Positions 25,521 through 38,219 of a stretch of DNA of 64,000 bases are shown here, piece after piece. Every line of letters begins with the position of its first letter. Position 1 is the first letter of the stretch. The notes below the pieces were generated by a model. The model saw only the letters and a list, made by a program, of their open reading frames with translations. It was not told where the DNA came from and ran no database searches. Source of the DNA: Malacoraja senta. Taxonomy: Eukaryota. The DNA is taken from positions 9,612,001-9,676,000 of the forward strand of contig CM075988.1 in NCBI GenBank assembly GCA_038087875.1, given 5' to 3'. A program made the position numbers and the translations under genes.

Positions 25521-25877
25521 AAATTACTATTAAAACACAAAGTACTTGTGCTATAAATCCAGGACAAGCACCAAGCCCAAAACCAAAGTATTATCTAAAT
25601 AAATACACAAACTTACAATAAATGACTCCATATGCAAAAAATATATATATAGCTGTCATTGTACTTAACGTAGCTATAAAGCCACAGCAAGTGTTCATTG
25701 TTCCGGTTTATATCCAGTGCCAATGATATATAAATACTTCTGAACTCTTGAAGCCTTGACCCCTCTTGTTTCTCACTTGATGCTTTCAAGTAACATTATC
25801 CAAAAACAGTGTGAAGTTCGATAGGACATTTAGTCTAATCGTTCGACTCTGCAACTGTGCAAGATTTATCCAAACAT

Positions 25878-25975
25878 CAGATAGACACAAAATGCTGGAG
25901 TAACTCAATGGGACAGGCAGCGTTTCTGGATAGAAGGAATGGTTGCCGTTGTGGGTCGATACCCTTCTTCAGACT
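25878..25975 (-). mobile_element. Penelope-type short repeat
   Basis: gacacaaaatgctggagtaactca...gggtcgatacccttcttcagact. Confidence 0.65.
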
Positions 25976-26344
25976 GGGTCAATCCAAACGTCATATTGGA
26001 AGAACAGGTATTTACACCAGTTAAATATTGGGATTGAAACCTTTAATGTCACTCCTTGCTAAAAGCTCCATTCCTTCATCACTAACCTTGCCTTTCCTTG
26101 TGGCTAAACCGGACCTTTTGCAACTTTATATTTCAATCCACAGCAAATTTTGAATTACACGTTCATTTCATTGTCATGATGGTTACTTACACCCTGGAAA
26201 CACTGTCTGATTCCACCTCTGCCTCAGCTCATCTGTTGTGAAATGTATTTTATCACCAGAAAATTATTGCAATCCTGCCCTCCGTTACATGAACATTCAG
26301 TGCACATTTTGCTTCTGGTACAAGGTAGAATTACTTACAATTTA

Positions 26345-27025
26345 TCCTGCACCAACTGCATCGGTGGAGAAAGCACACCAATGCCTCAAATTCTTCTGAA
26401 GAATAAGGTAGTTTGGGTTGTCTCTAACCACTCTCATCAACTTCCACAGATGCACCATAAAATGCTCCTTTTGGGATGAATCACAGCTTGGTTTGGCAGC
26501 TGCTCTTTTCAAGTGCACAAGAAATTGCAGACAATTGTGAATGTTGTCAATCACACATATCAATCACCTCCCCTCTCCTGCCATCGACTCCATCTACACC
26601 ACACAGTCTCAGGAAAGCAGCCAATATAAGCAAGGACCATTTTCCTTCTGTTCATTCGCTCTCCTCCCCTCTGCCATTGGGAAGCAGATATAAAAGCTTG
26701 AAAGCACAGGCCACAAGATTCAGGAACAGCTTCCTCCCCATTGTTATCAGACTGTTAAACGATCCTCCCATGAGCTAAGGCATAGTCCCGATCTTCCAAC
26801 CAACCTCATTGCGGACCTTGCACATTTTTACCTTCACTTTCTCTGTAATTGTAACGCTATAATGCTATAACACTATATTCTGCACTCTGGCATTTTCTCT
26901 TTGTCATATCTGTTTTATTTGTATGTGGCTGGTTGTATTCTTGGGTAATATGATTTGACTGGAAAGCACGCGGATTTTCACTGTATCTCAGTACACATGA
27001 CAATAGTAAATCAATACCAATACCA
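26345..27025 (+). mobile_element. Rex1/Babar-like LINE 3' fragment
   Basis: SPLPLGSRYKSLKAQATRFRNSFLPIVIRLLN, then a 3'UTR with cactgtatctcagtacacatgacaata. Confidence 0.8.
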
Positions 27026-27775
27026 TTAACCCATCACCTCCACTGCATCCTAACCCACAAAACTCCCTGTCCAAAGGTCTCTACTTTTTAAGTCTTTATC
27101 CTTCCTCCCATGTGAATTCAGTGAGTTCAATAGTTCTTGGTCTGTGTTCATTTATTTTCAGCATCTCTACTTGAATACTTACATCCCTTCTCTTTCACTG
27201 ATTATGGAGGATTAGTAACTGCCCAAGTCCTTGCAAAAGAAAATCAAATAACTCTGTGCCATAAGAAATCAACTGATCAACACCTTTTCACATGGGATTG
27301 CTAGCATTAAAAAAAAAGTACCTACAAACTTTTATCAAATGCAAATGTAATAAGAAAAATTGCAACCAAAAATGTTTTCAGTAATTGTCATTATAAGGGT
27401 TCAGTAATGAAATGGAGTGAAAACATAATTGTGAATAAATTCATCAGTATTCCGAGAGGCATAGACAGAACATACTTTCCCAATTAAATTGGCAGATACC
27501 TCAAGTGAGACATGAGAAGCCAAAAGTAGCTGAAATTCTGATAGTCCCAGTCTGTACATGAATGAGTTGGAACAGAACCTAATTATGATGAGGATGTGAA
27601 CTTAATTGCAAATTGTGGGGTTAGGGTGAAGGGAATATTTACATGCTCACCAGCTGCTGTTAAAGTAGTTCATTGACATAGAAACTTACCCACCCTAAAA
27701 AGATCAGACTTCCCAAATCAGATCTGTCTCATTGTGATGCAGAATACATACATAGCAGAGAGATAAAGAAAGCAG

Positions 27776-28135
27776 TGGGGGCACAATGGGGGCACAGTGG
27801 GGGCACAATGGGGGCACAATGGGGGCACAATGGGGGCAGAGTGGGGGCACAATGGGGGCACAATGGGGGCACAATGGGGGGCACAATGGGGGAACAATGG
27901 GGGCACAATGGGGCAGAGTGGGGGCACAATGGGGGCACAATGGGGGCAGAGTGGGGGCACAATGGGGGCACAATGGGGGCACAATGGGGGCACAATGGGG
28001 GAACAATGGGGGCACAATGGGGCAGAGTGGGGGCACAATGTGAGCACAGTGGGGGCACAATGGGCAGAGTGGGGGCACAATGGGGCAGAGTGGGGGCACA
28101 ATGTGAGCACAGTGGGGGCACAATGGGCAGCACAG
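27776..28135. repeat. 11-bp G-rich minisatellite (gggggcacaat)n
   Basis: About 30 tandem units with gggggcagagt variants. Confidence 0.95.
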
Positions 28136-28136
28136 A

Positions 28137-28310
28137 TTTTTATTTTTATTTTTTTATTATACAAATACTTTTATTCAAATAATAAAAATAAACATACAGT
28201 ATATTAACACAAAGGCTGCCTATGTTGACATTTTACAAACAAACGATCATCAAATTAATATAACGGCAACTTTATCAACAAAACACTCGACCTCCCGCGA
28301 CGACCAGTGT
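28137..28310 (-). mobile_element. L1/Tx1-like 3' end with poly(A) tail
   Basis: T-rich tail at 28137-28160; minus-strand EHWSSREVECFVDK..* ORF end; near-TSD caatgggcagcacaga / caatgggggcacaga. Confidence 0.55.
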
Positions 28311-28859
28311 TCAATGGGGGCACAGAGGACGGCACAGTGGGCAGCATGGTGGCAGAGTTGATGCCTTACAACGCCGGTGATTGCCGGTCGGCATGGACTC
28401 GGTGGGCCTGTTTCCGCGCTATGTCTCTAAACTAAAGTCTAAAAGACATTTTGTGGTATTGACGTTGATCCGTGGGACTAATACCATTTTCCTTCTAAAC
28501 TAATTATCAACCACCATACATTTAATATGTATATTATATTTCAGCTGGAAATAGTTTAACTGAGGTCTTATAATGGCATTGGGAGAAAATCCTGGGGAGG
28601 ACAAGTATTCACCAAGGCAAGGCTCACTTCAACTATCCAACACCCATGACTTTAGAAGTACCGACAATACCTGAAGGTAGATTTATTAGAAAGCATCTTT
28701 CTTTCACACTGTTATTATCCAAGCATTACCATGACATTTTCTGGAAATTGTTTTAAGTCTCCCGAAAATGCTGTGTTCGACAAACATAGGAAAACATTTG
28801 GAAGGTGTTGTAGAGAAATTTCATAGAAATGTGTTACTTATATAGTCATTGAGAAATAG

Positions 28860-29105
28860 GTCATGGAAACAGGACTTCGGCCCATCGAGTTTGCACCGAC
28901 CATCAACAACCCATTTACAGTAATTCTCCAGATTCTACCACTTGCCTCACACTGGAGGCATTTTACAATGACCAATTAACCAACCACCAAAACATTTTTG
29001 AGATGTGGGAGGAAATCCAAAGGAAACCCATGATGTTACAGGGGAAAAGGTGCAAACTCCACACAGACAGCACCCATGATCAGGATTGAATGCAAGTAGC
29101 TGGCT
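28860..29105 (-). mobile_element. Old tRNA-derived SINE
   Basis: Diverged reverse copy (ggaaacagga..., caaactccacacagacagcaccc). Confidence 0.7.
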
Positions 29106-30199
29106 TTGACCTCTTGCTCCATAAAAGTTGGACAGAAACTACTCTTCAATAGTGAGAAGAGCATGTAGAGGTTCAACTAGAAATGCCGATGAGACATAAA
29201 CACAAAACACGAAACATTGACACATTGAATTGACTTGGGATGATAATCCAACTGTGTGCCTCCAGCTAAAATGTGACTAGGTTGAACAAGACCTCTCCCG
29301 ATCTGCCATCCATTATCTGCTCGAGGGACAGAGCTCAACTGTCTAAAGTTTCCAAAAAAATATAAATCCATGTATTTTTGTCTGTCGCTGAGGATTTCAT
29401 GGTTAGTGGTTCCGCACGGTGTGCATTGTTGTTAATTTGTCAGGTTTTAATGAGGTGGTCAAAGCCAGCATGACAAGAAAAGGAGAGGGAGTGGGTGGAA
29501 AGGGAAAGGGCAACGTAAATGGTGACAAAATGTGAAGGAGAAAAATCAGCCTGACCTGCTCATCTCATTTATTCTTTCATGATTGTAGCAATCTGCTCTG
29601 AATAAGATGAACTTGGCCGGGATGTGCATCTCATGTTCAGAAAGCTGGCGACACTCAGAGTCCAATTGACGGATGAGTCCTGGTTGGAGTGCTAAAAGGC
29701 TGTTCTCCATCAGCGGATCATTTGTCAGGCAGTGTAATTTCTGGACAAGGTGGCTACAAATGAAGCCAGAATCCAACAGCAGGGGAAGAAATGATTGCTG
29801 TGAACTGGAAGAAGAATGACTTAGAGCATAACAAATGCACCTTGCAGCCTTCGGTATTCAGGGAGCTCTGCTGGAAACTAGTTCAACCAGAAATGTGTGA
29901 TATTGATTGAGACAAGCAGGCATGTTCTGAGTAATTCTTCACCATAGTACAGTTCCCTGAGAAATGGTTTGAATGTTACCACGTCTAAATCCTTGACCAT
30001 GGGTAAGATTATCTATTGTCTAAGCACAGCAGCAGTGTATTCTAAGTTATCCCTTAATGGTTATTCTGTATTGAAAGATTCATTTCCTGGACACAGCTGC
30101 AAGCAACCCAGGAGAAGTAATGTTATGTCGTCAAAATAATCATTTGTTCACAATAGTAATAATTTTTTAAGGAAAAACAGGCAGGTGAGCAGATAGGAT

Positions 30200-30540
30200 A
30201 AGAGTCATAGTTATAGAATCGTAGAGCGATACAGTGTGGAAACAGACCCTTCGGCCCAAATTGCCCACACTGGCCAACATGTCCCAGCTACCCTAGTCCC
30301 ACCTGCTAGCATTTGGTCCATATCCCTCCAAACCTGTCCTATGCATGTACCTGTCCAACTGTTTCTTTAGATTCCTTTATTGTCATTCAGACCTTTCGGT
30401 CTGAACGAAATTTCGTTGCCTGCAGTCATACATATAATAAATAACAAAACACACAATAAACACAAATTAACATTTGGGATAGTCCTTGTCTCAACTACAT
30501 CCTCTGGCAGCTCGTTCCATACACCCACCACCGTTTGTGG
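30200..30540 (-). mobile_element. CR1 3' fragment with a nested ~105-bp LINE-tail insertion (30368-30473)
   Basis: CR1 sequence resumes at ttgggatagtcc after the insert. Confidence 0.75.
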
Positions 30541-31029
30541 AGGATAGAAATTAAGCGATAAGAATATACCTTATTATTATACTCTGAAGATGTACCAACC
30601 AGAGTCATCAACTTAATTCTAAATAACCAGATTCCCAGTTATGAATTTCATTGAGAATTAATTGATTAAGTAAAATAACCAGAAAGAAATTCACCCTCCG
30701 TTAGTAAGGCAGTATGTGAATGTGATTAAGGGCTGCCAATGCAGAGAGATATATAGAATCAGGCATGACAAAGTTGATAAATATTCACTGTAAATTACGG
30801 AGTTTTGGAGAGAGGAATATTTTTAGCTCTTTACTGGAATGATGTGTAGAGCATTAAGGAGAATCAGGATCCCTACCAATCTCGTATGTTTCGTCCTCTC
30901 TATGTGTAAGACTGCTTCTCGTTCCCACATTCATGTGAATGAACTCCTGACCCTGCCCCATCTCCATAGCTTCAGTCTTGATCTCCTGACTCCTCCCATT
31001 CATGAGCCTGAATGTAGATCTCCGAAGCC

Positions 31030-32850
31030 AATGTCAGAAGATCCTTCATGACAATGAACCCTCTGAAACTCTCCAAGCCCTGATGTTGTACCTACTTGCG
31101 TTCTCAAAACCTGCACAGAGTGACTGGCTGGCAGTTTCGCGGACATCTTCAACCTTTCAGTACCACGGTATCAGATCCCCACTTGCTTTAAAAGAACAAC
31201 CAATACACTGATGCCAGGAGGAGCAAGGTGACATGCCTCAATGACCACTGACCGATGTTACTCACATCCATTACGATGAAGCACTTTGAGAGGTTAGATA
31301 TAACACAAATCAACTCCTGCCTCAGTAATGGACCCCATTTAATTTGCCTATTGCCACAACAGATCACAGCGGATACTAACCCCCTGGCTCTCCACTCTGT
31401 GCTGGACCACTTGGACAACAGGAACACATAGGTCAGGCTGTTGTTTATCAACTGCAGTTTGGTGTTCAAAACCACCATCCCTTCCAAAATCATTGTCAAA
31501 CTAAGGGGACGGTGCCTCTGCTGCTCCCTATGCAACTTGGATGTTGACTTCCTCATCAGCAGACCACAATCTGTATGGATTGGCAGCAACACATCCCCCT
31601 CGCTGACCATCAGCCCAAGGGCTCCTCAGGGCTGCACCCTCAGTCCTCTGCTCCATTCTCTACACCCAGGACTGTGTAAGGTCATAAGGCCATAAGGAAT
31701 AGGAGTAGAATTAGGCCATTCGGCCCATCAGGTTTACTGCACCATTCAATCAGGGCTGACCTATCTTCCCCTCCTAACCCCATTCTTCTGCCTTCTCCCA
31801 TAATCTCTGAGACCCGTATTAATCAAGAATCTATCTATCCCTGCCTTAAAAATATCCACTGACATGGCCACCATAGCCTTCTGTGGCAAAGAATTCCACA
31901 GATTCACCACTCTACTGGTGTACAGTAATGGTGTACTGTATATATCCATGACTGTGGAACCACGCACTGCTCTAACCTCTTTAGATATGCTGTTGATACC
32001 ACCATCGAGTATCAATGAGTAACGATGAGTCAGGGTACAGGAGAGAAATCAAGAATCTGGCTGAGTTACTTCAGTATTTTCCTCCCTACAAATCTCTCTC
32101 TCAAGGTTAGCAAGACCAGACTGCTGATTGTTGACTTCAAGAAGGGAAAAACAAGGAACCATTTTCCTGTGCTCATTGGTGGGACAACTTCATTGGAGAG
32201 AGTTGACAGCTTCAAGTTCCTGGGTGTTCACATCTCTGATGATCTATTCCATGCCAAGAATATTGATACTATTAAAGAAAGCTAACCAATGCCTGTACTT
32301 CCAGTGAATTATCCATGGAAATTCTCCAGGTGTAAAATGCAGATCATACTGACCATTTACATCATGGCCTGGTTCAGTAAGCTGAATGCTCAAGAATGAA
32401 TGAGGCTGCAGAAATTGGTGAACATTGCCTGGACCATCATGGATACTGATCTCCCCACCATCGAAGGGATCTACAGGAAGCTCTGCCTCAAAACGGGATG
32501 TTCTATTTAGCGGCTACCATCAGAAGGAAGATACAGAAAGGTGCCTTAGGACAGTTTCCTCCAGGATCAAGAACAGCTTCTTCCATCTTGAACTATCCTG
32601 TATAACCCTAATCGCAATCCTATCTCAGCACCAAACCACAAAAGAATTTGCACTCCTATGGTTGCTCCACGAACTATGGTTTCTGCACATTCATGGTTTG
32701 GTTTACTGAGAATAACTGATAATTTATTGTATATATAGATGTGTTGTTGTTATTGTTGCACCTACTGTATGTGCCTGCAAAGCTGCAACAAGAGAGACTT
32801 CCATTGTTCTGGTTCACATCCAGTGATGAAGACAAAAAGTAAACACTTCT
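31030..32850 (+). mobile_element. Rex1/Babar-like LINE RT fragment (degenerate), interrupted by a CR1
   Basis: LLFINCSLVFKTTIP, APQGCTLSPLL, LIVDFKK, ERVDSFKFLGVHISDDL, SRIKNSFF. Confidence 0.8.
31676..31912 (-). mobile_element. CR1 3' fragment nested in the Rex1-like element
   Basis: RVVNLWNSLPQKAMVAMSVDIFKAGIDRFL plus tail. Confidence 0.85.
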
Positions 32851-33144
32851 GAACCTTGAAACCATTGATCAACCACCTCCTTCCCTGACTGCAAGTCCAG
32901 GCATTGCCTCCTGCATCCACCTCTTCTATCTAACCTGCACGCACCTGGTCCATGAAACTGACCTTGTCGCAAGGCAGATTGCGATTCTTTCAGTGACCAA
33001 ACATCTTCTGGATTCCAATAATATCCTGATGACTGTATCCTGAAACTCTCCTACCAGGTCTTCACTCCTATATGCCACAGACCTGCAACTTCACTTCTTT
33101 CCTTCTCGATCTTCCAATGACAATATTCATAGAGTAGGTGAAAC

Positions 33145-33445
33145 GAGGACAAGAGCCCATTGGTTTAAGGTGAAGGAGAAAAGTTTTAATAGGAATCTGA
33201 GTGGTAACTTTTCACACAAAGGATGGTGGGGGTGTGGAACAAGCTGCCAGAGGAGGTAGTTGAGCCAGGGACTATCCCAACGTTTAAGAAACAGTTAGAA
33301 AGGTACATGGATAGGAAAAGTTTGGAGGGATATGGGCCAAACGCGGGCAGGTGGACTAGTGTAGTTGGGACATGCGGGCCGATGTGGGCCAGTTGGGTTG
33401 TAGGGCCTGCTTCCACGCTTCATCACTCCATGACCCTTTGACTAT
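33145..33445 (+). mobile_element. CR1 3' fragment
   Basis: VGVWNKLPEEVVEPGTIPTFKKQLERYMD. Confidence 0.85.
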
Positions 33446-34079
33446 AAACAAAGCCCATTCAATATCCAAAGCTTGCAAGGATCCTTGGGTGCCATGGAAT
33501 TTTTTGCAGTTGAAGCCCTAAAAAAAAATATTTGTTAACCCACTATAGGATTAAAGCCATTTCCAAAGGAATCAGGTATTTTCAAGACATTCATCGCTCT
33601 AAAGATCATGTCTGTGTGTCCATTTTAAAGCCATTGGACATTAAGTAAAAGTACAATAAAAGTAACTACTATTCCGAGTATAATCTAATCTTAAATCTGA
33701 ATCATTTAGATCAAATTATCTGGTGATCCAATTTCGTTTAACACTAGGTTTCCACTTCGGTCTTAATTATGTTGCTTAATTCAAATTATTGGAAACATAA
33801 TTTTTTTTAGAGCATTAATGACTTTAAATTAACAGGAACTGTGCATGTGTATCGCATAATCAGTTTGGTAAAATTAAAACGTGAGACTATGAACACCACG
33901 GTATAAAACAGAATTCAAGATATTTTGAAAGATGAATAAAGCTGGTTGTCCACACGTTCCATATTTTGTTACAACATTAAAGGAGTCCATTTGGCCCATC
34001 AAGTTTACGCCAGCTCCTAGAATAATCTGAATCCCCCACTCATTTTCGTTATAATCTATTCTTCTCATATTTCCCCAAA

Positions 34080-34410
34080 CTGGCGCAGCAGTAAGGTTGC
34101 TGCCTTGCAGCGAATGCAGCGCCGGAGACCTGGGTTGAATCCCAAGGTTCGATCCCGACTACGGGTGCTCTCTGTATGGAGTTTGTACGTTCTCCCCGTG
34201 ACCTGCATGGGTTTTCTCTGAGATCTTCGGTTCCCTCCCACACTCCAAAGACATACAGGTTTGTAGGTTAATTGGCTTGGTAAATGTAAAACAAAAATTG
34301 TCCCTAGTGGGTGTAGGATGGTGTTAATGTGCGTGGATCGCTGGTCGGCACAGACCCGGAGTGCCGAAGGGCCTGTTTCCGCATTGTATCTCTAAACTAA
34401 ACTAAACAAA
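34080..34410 (+). mobile_element. tRNA-derived SINE (HE1-like)
   Basis: tggcgcagcagt A-box, ggttcgatccc B-box, (ctaaa)n tail. Confidence 0.85.
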
Positions 34411-34971
34411 ACATAAACAAGCTATTTAGACTGACCAATACACCTAGCACTCCCACACATCTTTGGGATGTGGGAGAAATCCAGAGAACCTGGAGAAAAC
34501 TCACATAGTCACGAGAATAATGTGCAAACTTCATATGGGCGATAGGAATGAAATTGGTCCTTGGAGCTGTTAGGGAGCAACGCTTCTAGCTGCAACTTTG
34601 CACTACCCAAGAATCTTTAGCAGAAGAACAAAATAATAATCTACCCAATTCTTGTATCAGGCTCACCTCGTGATCAAAATGCAGTGTGAAGATTATTTGC
34701 TTTAAAATATGTTCAGCGTGTTTATAGAAATTCTCTACTGCAGAGGCTTTCTTTGATAGTTTGGGTACTTTGCCAAGTTTTATTTTGATTGCAACAATTT
34801 GTCAGGCAAATGTGAACCACATTAAAGAAGATAGCCATTCTATATTGGATGCTATCCAAAACATGAACCCTATACTAAATCCTGAAAGATTAGGATTTTC
34901 CACCAGCACTTTGTTTTTTACTAAAACTTGTAAATCAGGGATTAGAGCTGAGAAAGATCCTAATCTTGATT

Positions 34972-35292
34972 GGGCAGCACGATGGCGTAGTGGTAGAGCT
35001 ATTACCTTATAGACGCCAGTGACCCAGATTCTATCCTGACTACGGCTGCTTGTCTGTAGCGAGTTTGCACATTCTCCCCATGACCTGCGGGGTTTTTAAT
35101 CGAGATCTTCGGTTTCCTCCTAAACTCCAAAGACATGCAGGTTTGTCGATTAATTGGCTTGGTATGAATATTTAAATGTAAAATTGTCCCTAGAGTGTGT
35201 AGGATAGTGTCAATGTGCAGGGATAGCTGACCGGTGCGGACTCGGTGGGCCGAAGGGCCTGTTTCCGCGCTGGATCTCTGAACTGAACTAAA
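34972..35292 (+). mobile_element. tRNA-derived SINE (HE1-like)
   Basis: Full-length copy of the family. Confidence 0.85.
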
Positions 35293-35424
35293 GATGAGCT
35301 CAGTCTCTCTTTCCCCCGATGCTGTATGATCCTCTGTGTGTTTCTGGTCATTTTTTGTTTTTAGTTTGGATTTCTCCCATTGCATTTACTTTTAATTTTC
35401 TTTGCCTAATCCTACATGCCCATT

Positions 35425-35814
35425 ATGTGCAGAGGAGGTTTACCAGAATGTTGCCTGGATTAGGGGGTGTTCGCTACACAGGGAGGTTGGACAAACTTGA
35501 ATTGTTTTCTTTCGAATGGGGAGACCTGATAAAAGTATATAAAATGAGGAGAAGCATAGATAGGGTAGACTATACTAGAAATACTGGAACGCATAGCTTT
35601 AAAGTGAGAGGGGCAAAGTTTAACGGAAATGTGCGAGTATTTTTTGCTCAAAAGGTTGTGAGTGCTTGAAATGCGCTGCCAGGGTGGGTGTTTGAGGCAG
35701 ATACGATAGTGGATAGGTACACGGATATGCGGGGAATGGAGGGACATGGGTTTTGCACAGGTATATAAGACATGGTCTTGGCACTATGATCAGCACAGAC
35801 ATTGTGGATCGAAC
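35425..35814 (+). mobile_element. CR1 3' fragment (tail continues at 36712-36748)
   Basis: VQRRFTRMLPGLGGVRYTGRLDKLELFS. Confidence 0.8.
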
Positions 35815-36711
35815 CAAAGATCCTATAGCAGGCAAGATACTGCTAAAACCAATGGGCTGACGTGTAGTACACAACCGAGCGGAACGTCAGCCTTTACGTC
35901 GGCCATTTCAGTAACCCGACCCAACTTTGTTATATCCCTCTCGCAGTGTAAGCAGCGTTGCGGGGGAACAGTTTGTGTGTGTGATATAGTGTTAGATTCA
36001 TGATTCAAAGCGACTTTGAGTCCTGAAAAGCGCTATATAAATAAAATCTATTATTATTATTATTCATAATTCTGTTATTTTTTGTTAATGATTAATATGT
36101 TCATAAAATATAATTCTGTTAATTTTATTTTTTAATGTTTAGGATTCAAAGCCCCGGGATTGAATTAGACTGTGCAAGGGTGGAGGGGGCACTGAGGGCA
36201 AAGCGGCTGTGCCCACACAGCAGTGTAAAAGGGGAGACCTTTCCAATCCACGCTTCCCTCTTTCTGTCCAGCACTCAGCCATTTTGGCAGAAAGAGGAAT
36301 AAGTGTCCGACAGTCAGCGACGCAGAGGAGTAGTGAAGAGCAGACCGGTCCGGAGTTTGGGAGCCAGGCAGCGGGCGTAATGGGGGAAGAAACCAAAGGG
36401 CCGTCTGTTCTCAGCTTCGAATCTCATGCCCGCCCTCTTTCCCCCCCGTCATTGAGTCTCTTTAACGGGGCAGAGAGGCAGAGAGAAAATGAGGAGAAGA
36501 TTTTCACCAAAGATCTTTGATTTTTACGAGGATGTTTTCGGAACCCGGCTTACGTCTCCGTACCAGTATCTTTGCGCAGCTATGGCGGACAAAGATAGCG
36601 GAGACGGAAGCCGGTTATGGAAATGAGGCAGAAGATTACCCATGAATCTGCCCATGACCGTACTACGTCTTTTTCGTCGAGTGCACTATCTTGCTCGCTA
36701 TAGAATCATTG
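35815..36711. mobile_element. Non-autonomous DNA transposon with 8-bp TSD (hAT- or P-like MITE)
   Basis: TIRs CAAAGATCCTATAGCAGGCAAGATA / TATCTTGCTCGCTATAGAATCATTG; TSD GATCGAAC (35807-35814) / GACCGAAC (36712-36719); contains an L2-type 3' tail at about 36010-36065. Confidence 0.8.
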
Positions 36712-36749
36712 GACCGAACGGCCTGTTCTTTTTTTAACTGTTCTATGTT

Positions 36750-37520
36750 GGACGACCACCAGGGGCACCATACGATTGGCAGTCTTGCCAACAGTATGTC
36801 TGTTTTTTCATCTTTTCTTGTTATTTTTAGTGTGTTTTGAAAGTTTGTTTTAATTGTCTGTGGTTTGTTTTATGTGGGAGGGGGTTGGCGGAAACGTTTT
36901 TTTCAGTCTCTTACCCTGCCGGAGATGTGATTACTTTCTGGGTCATGTCTCTGGTCGCTCTGTGGCCTAACATCTTGGAGCAGGAGGCCTCGCTCGGGAC
37001 TGAATTTGGGCCCCACCACGGGGCATGAACTTACCATCGGGGCCAATCCCTTGCCTGGGATCGATGCTCCAACCGCGGCCTGCGGACTTTACCATCGAGA
37101 GCTCACAATCTCGGGAGAGACCGTGGATGTCGGGAGCTCCAACGACGCAAAAGGTTGGACGAGCTCCGACCCGGGGTCCAATCGCTCGGCGCGGGGGAGC
37201 TGAGATTCTCCCCCGATGCAATACCTTGATCACCCAGACATGGAGAACCCGAACGCCGCCAGCTAAGGGAGTCAAGATCGTCCCGTCAACGGAAGGCTTG
37301 AGGCCCCTGACCACGGGAGGACAAAGAAGGGAAGAGATTGAACTTTTTTTTCACCTTCCATCACAGTGAGGAATGTGGAGGAGTCATTGTGGTGGATGTG
37401 TATGTTAAAATGTATTTTGTGTGTTCTGTTGCTTTTTATTTGTATGGCTGACTTGGCAAATGAAATTCCTCGTATGTTGCAAAACATACTTGGCTAATAA
37501 AGTATTATTGTATGGTATGA
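36750..37520 (+). mobile_element. GC-rich non-autonomous retroelement
   Basis: Related to 8320-9222; ccttccatcacagtgaggaatg block; LINE-like tail ctaataaag. Confidence 0.6.
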
Positions 37521-38219
37521 CACATCATCTGTTCATTCCCTTCACAGATGCAGCCTGATCTGTTGAGTTCCACCAGCACTTAGTTTTTTACTAAAACTCG
37601 TGATTCGAGACAACAAGGTCAGGAAAGGGAACAGAATGCAAGGGGGTTCATTTCTAAAGGGATTAGAGTGGACAAAATGAAGTGATGCCAAGACACAAAT
37701 AATGCTTGGTTAGTTCACAGAGTTCAGCTACGGTCGTCATGTCATTTAAAAGGAGACCGACAAAATGGTGAAGCTGCAAAGAAGATTGACTAGCCGGTAC
37801 AATAAATGCAAGGGATAGGTATTGGAAAAGGTCACACAGACTGACCTTTCTATTGAGAAAGGAAAGCTGAAGAGGTCAGCTAATAAAGGACAGGTTTTGA
37901 CAGAATGGAACACAGAGAGAATATTTCCACTTCTGAAGAAGACCATAAGTCGGGGACAATGATACAAACTGTCTTTATGAAATCCAAGTAGGATTGAGAG
38001 GAAACATCTTATTTTACTTCGGAGTCACGTGAGTGACTACGTGAAGAAGCCCGTCAGTGCGCCTGCGCGTCATTACGTCAGACGCCTTGACGCAAACGGA
38101 CGTGAGGAGCAGTGCTCCTCGAGTGGTTTGTAGTTTTTCAACTACAAGGTAAGTAAAAACTTTTTTACAGGTTTTCCAGGTCCGTTTACTGTGGGTCTAT
38201 GGCGATTTTTTCCACAGAC

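Noticed and set aside
27704..28207. Six overlapping repetitive ORFs
   Set aside because: Produced by a stop-free 11-bp minisatellite
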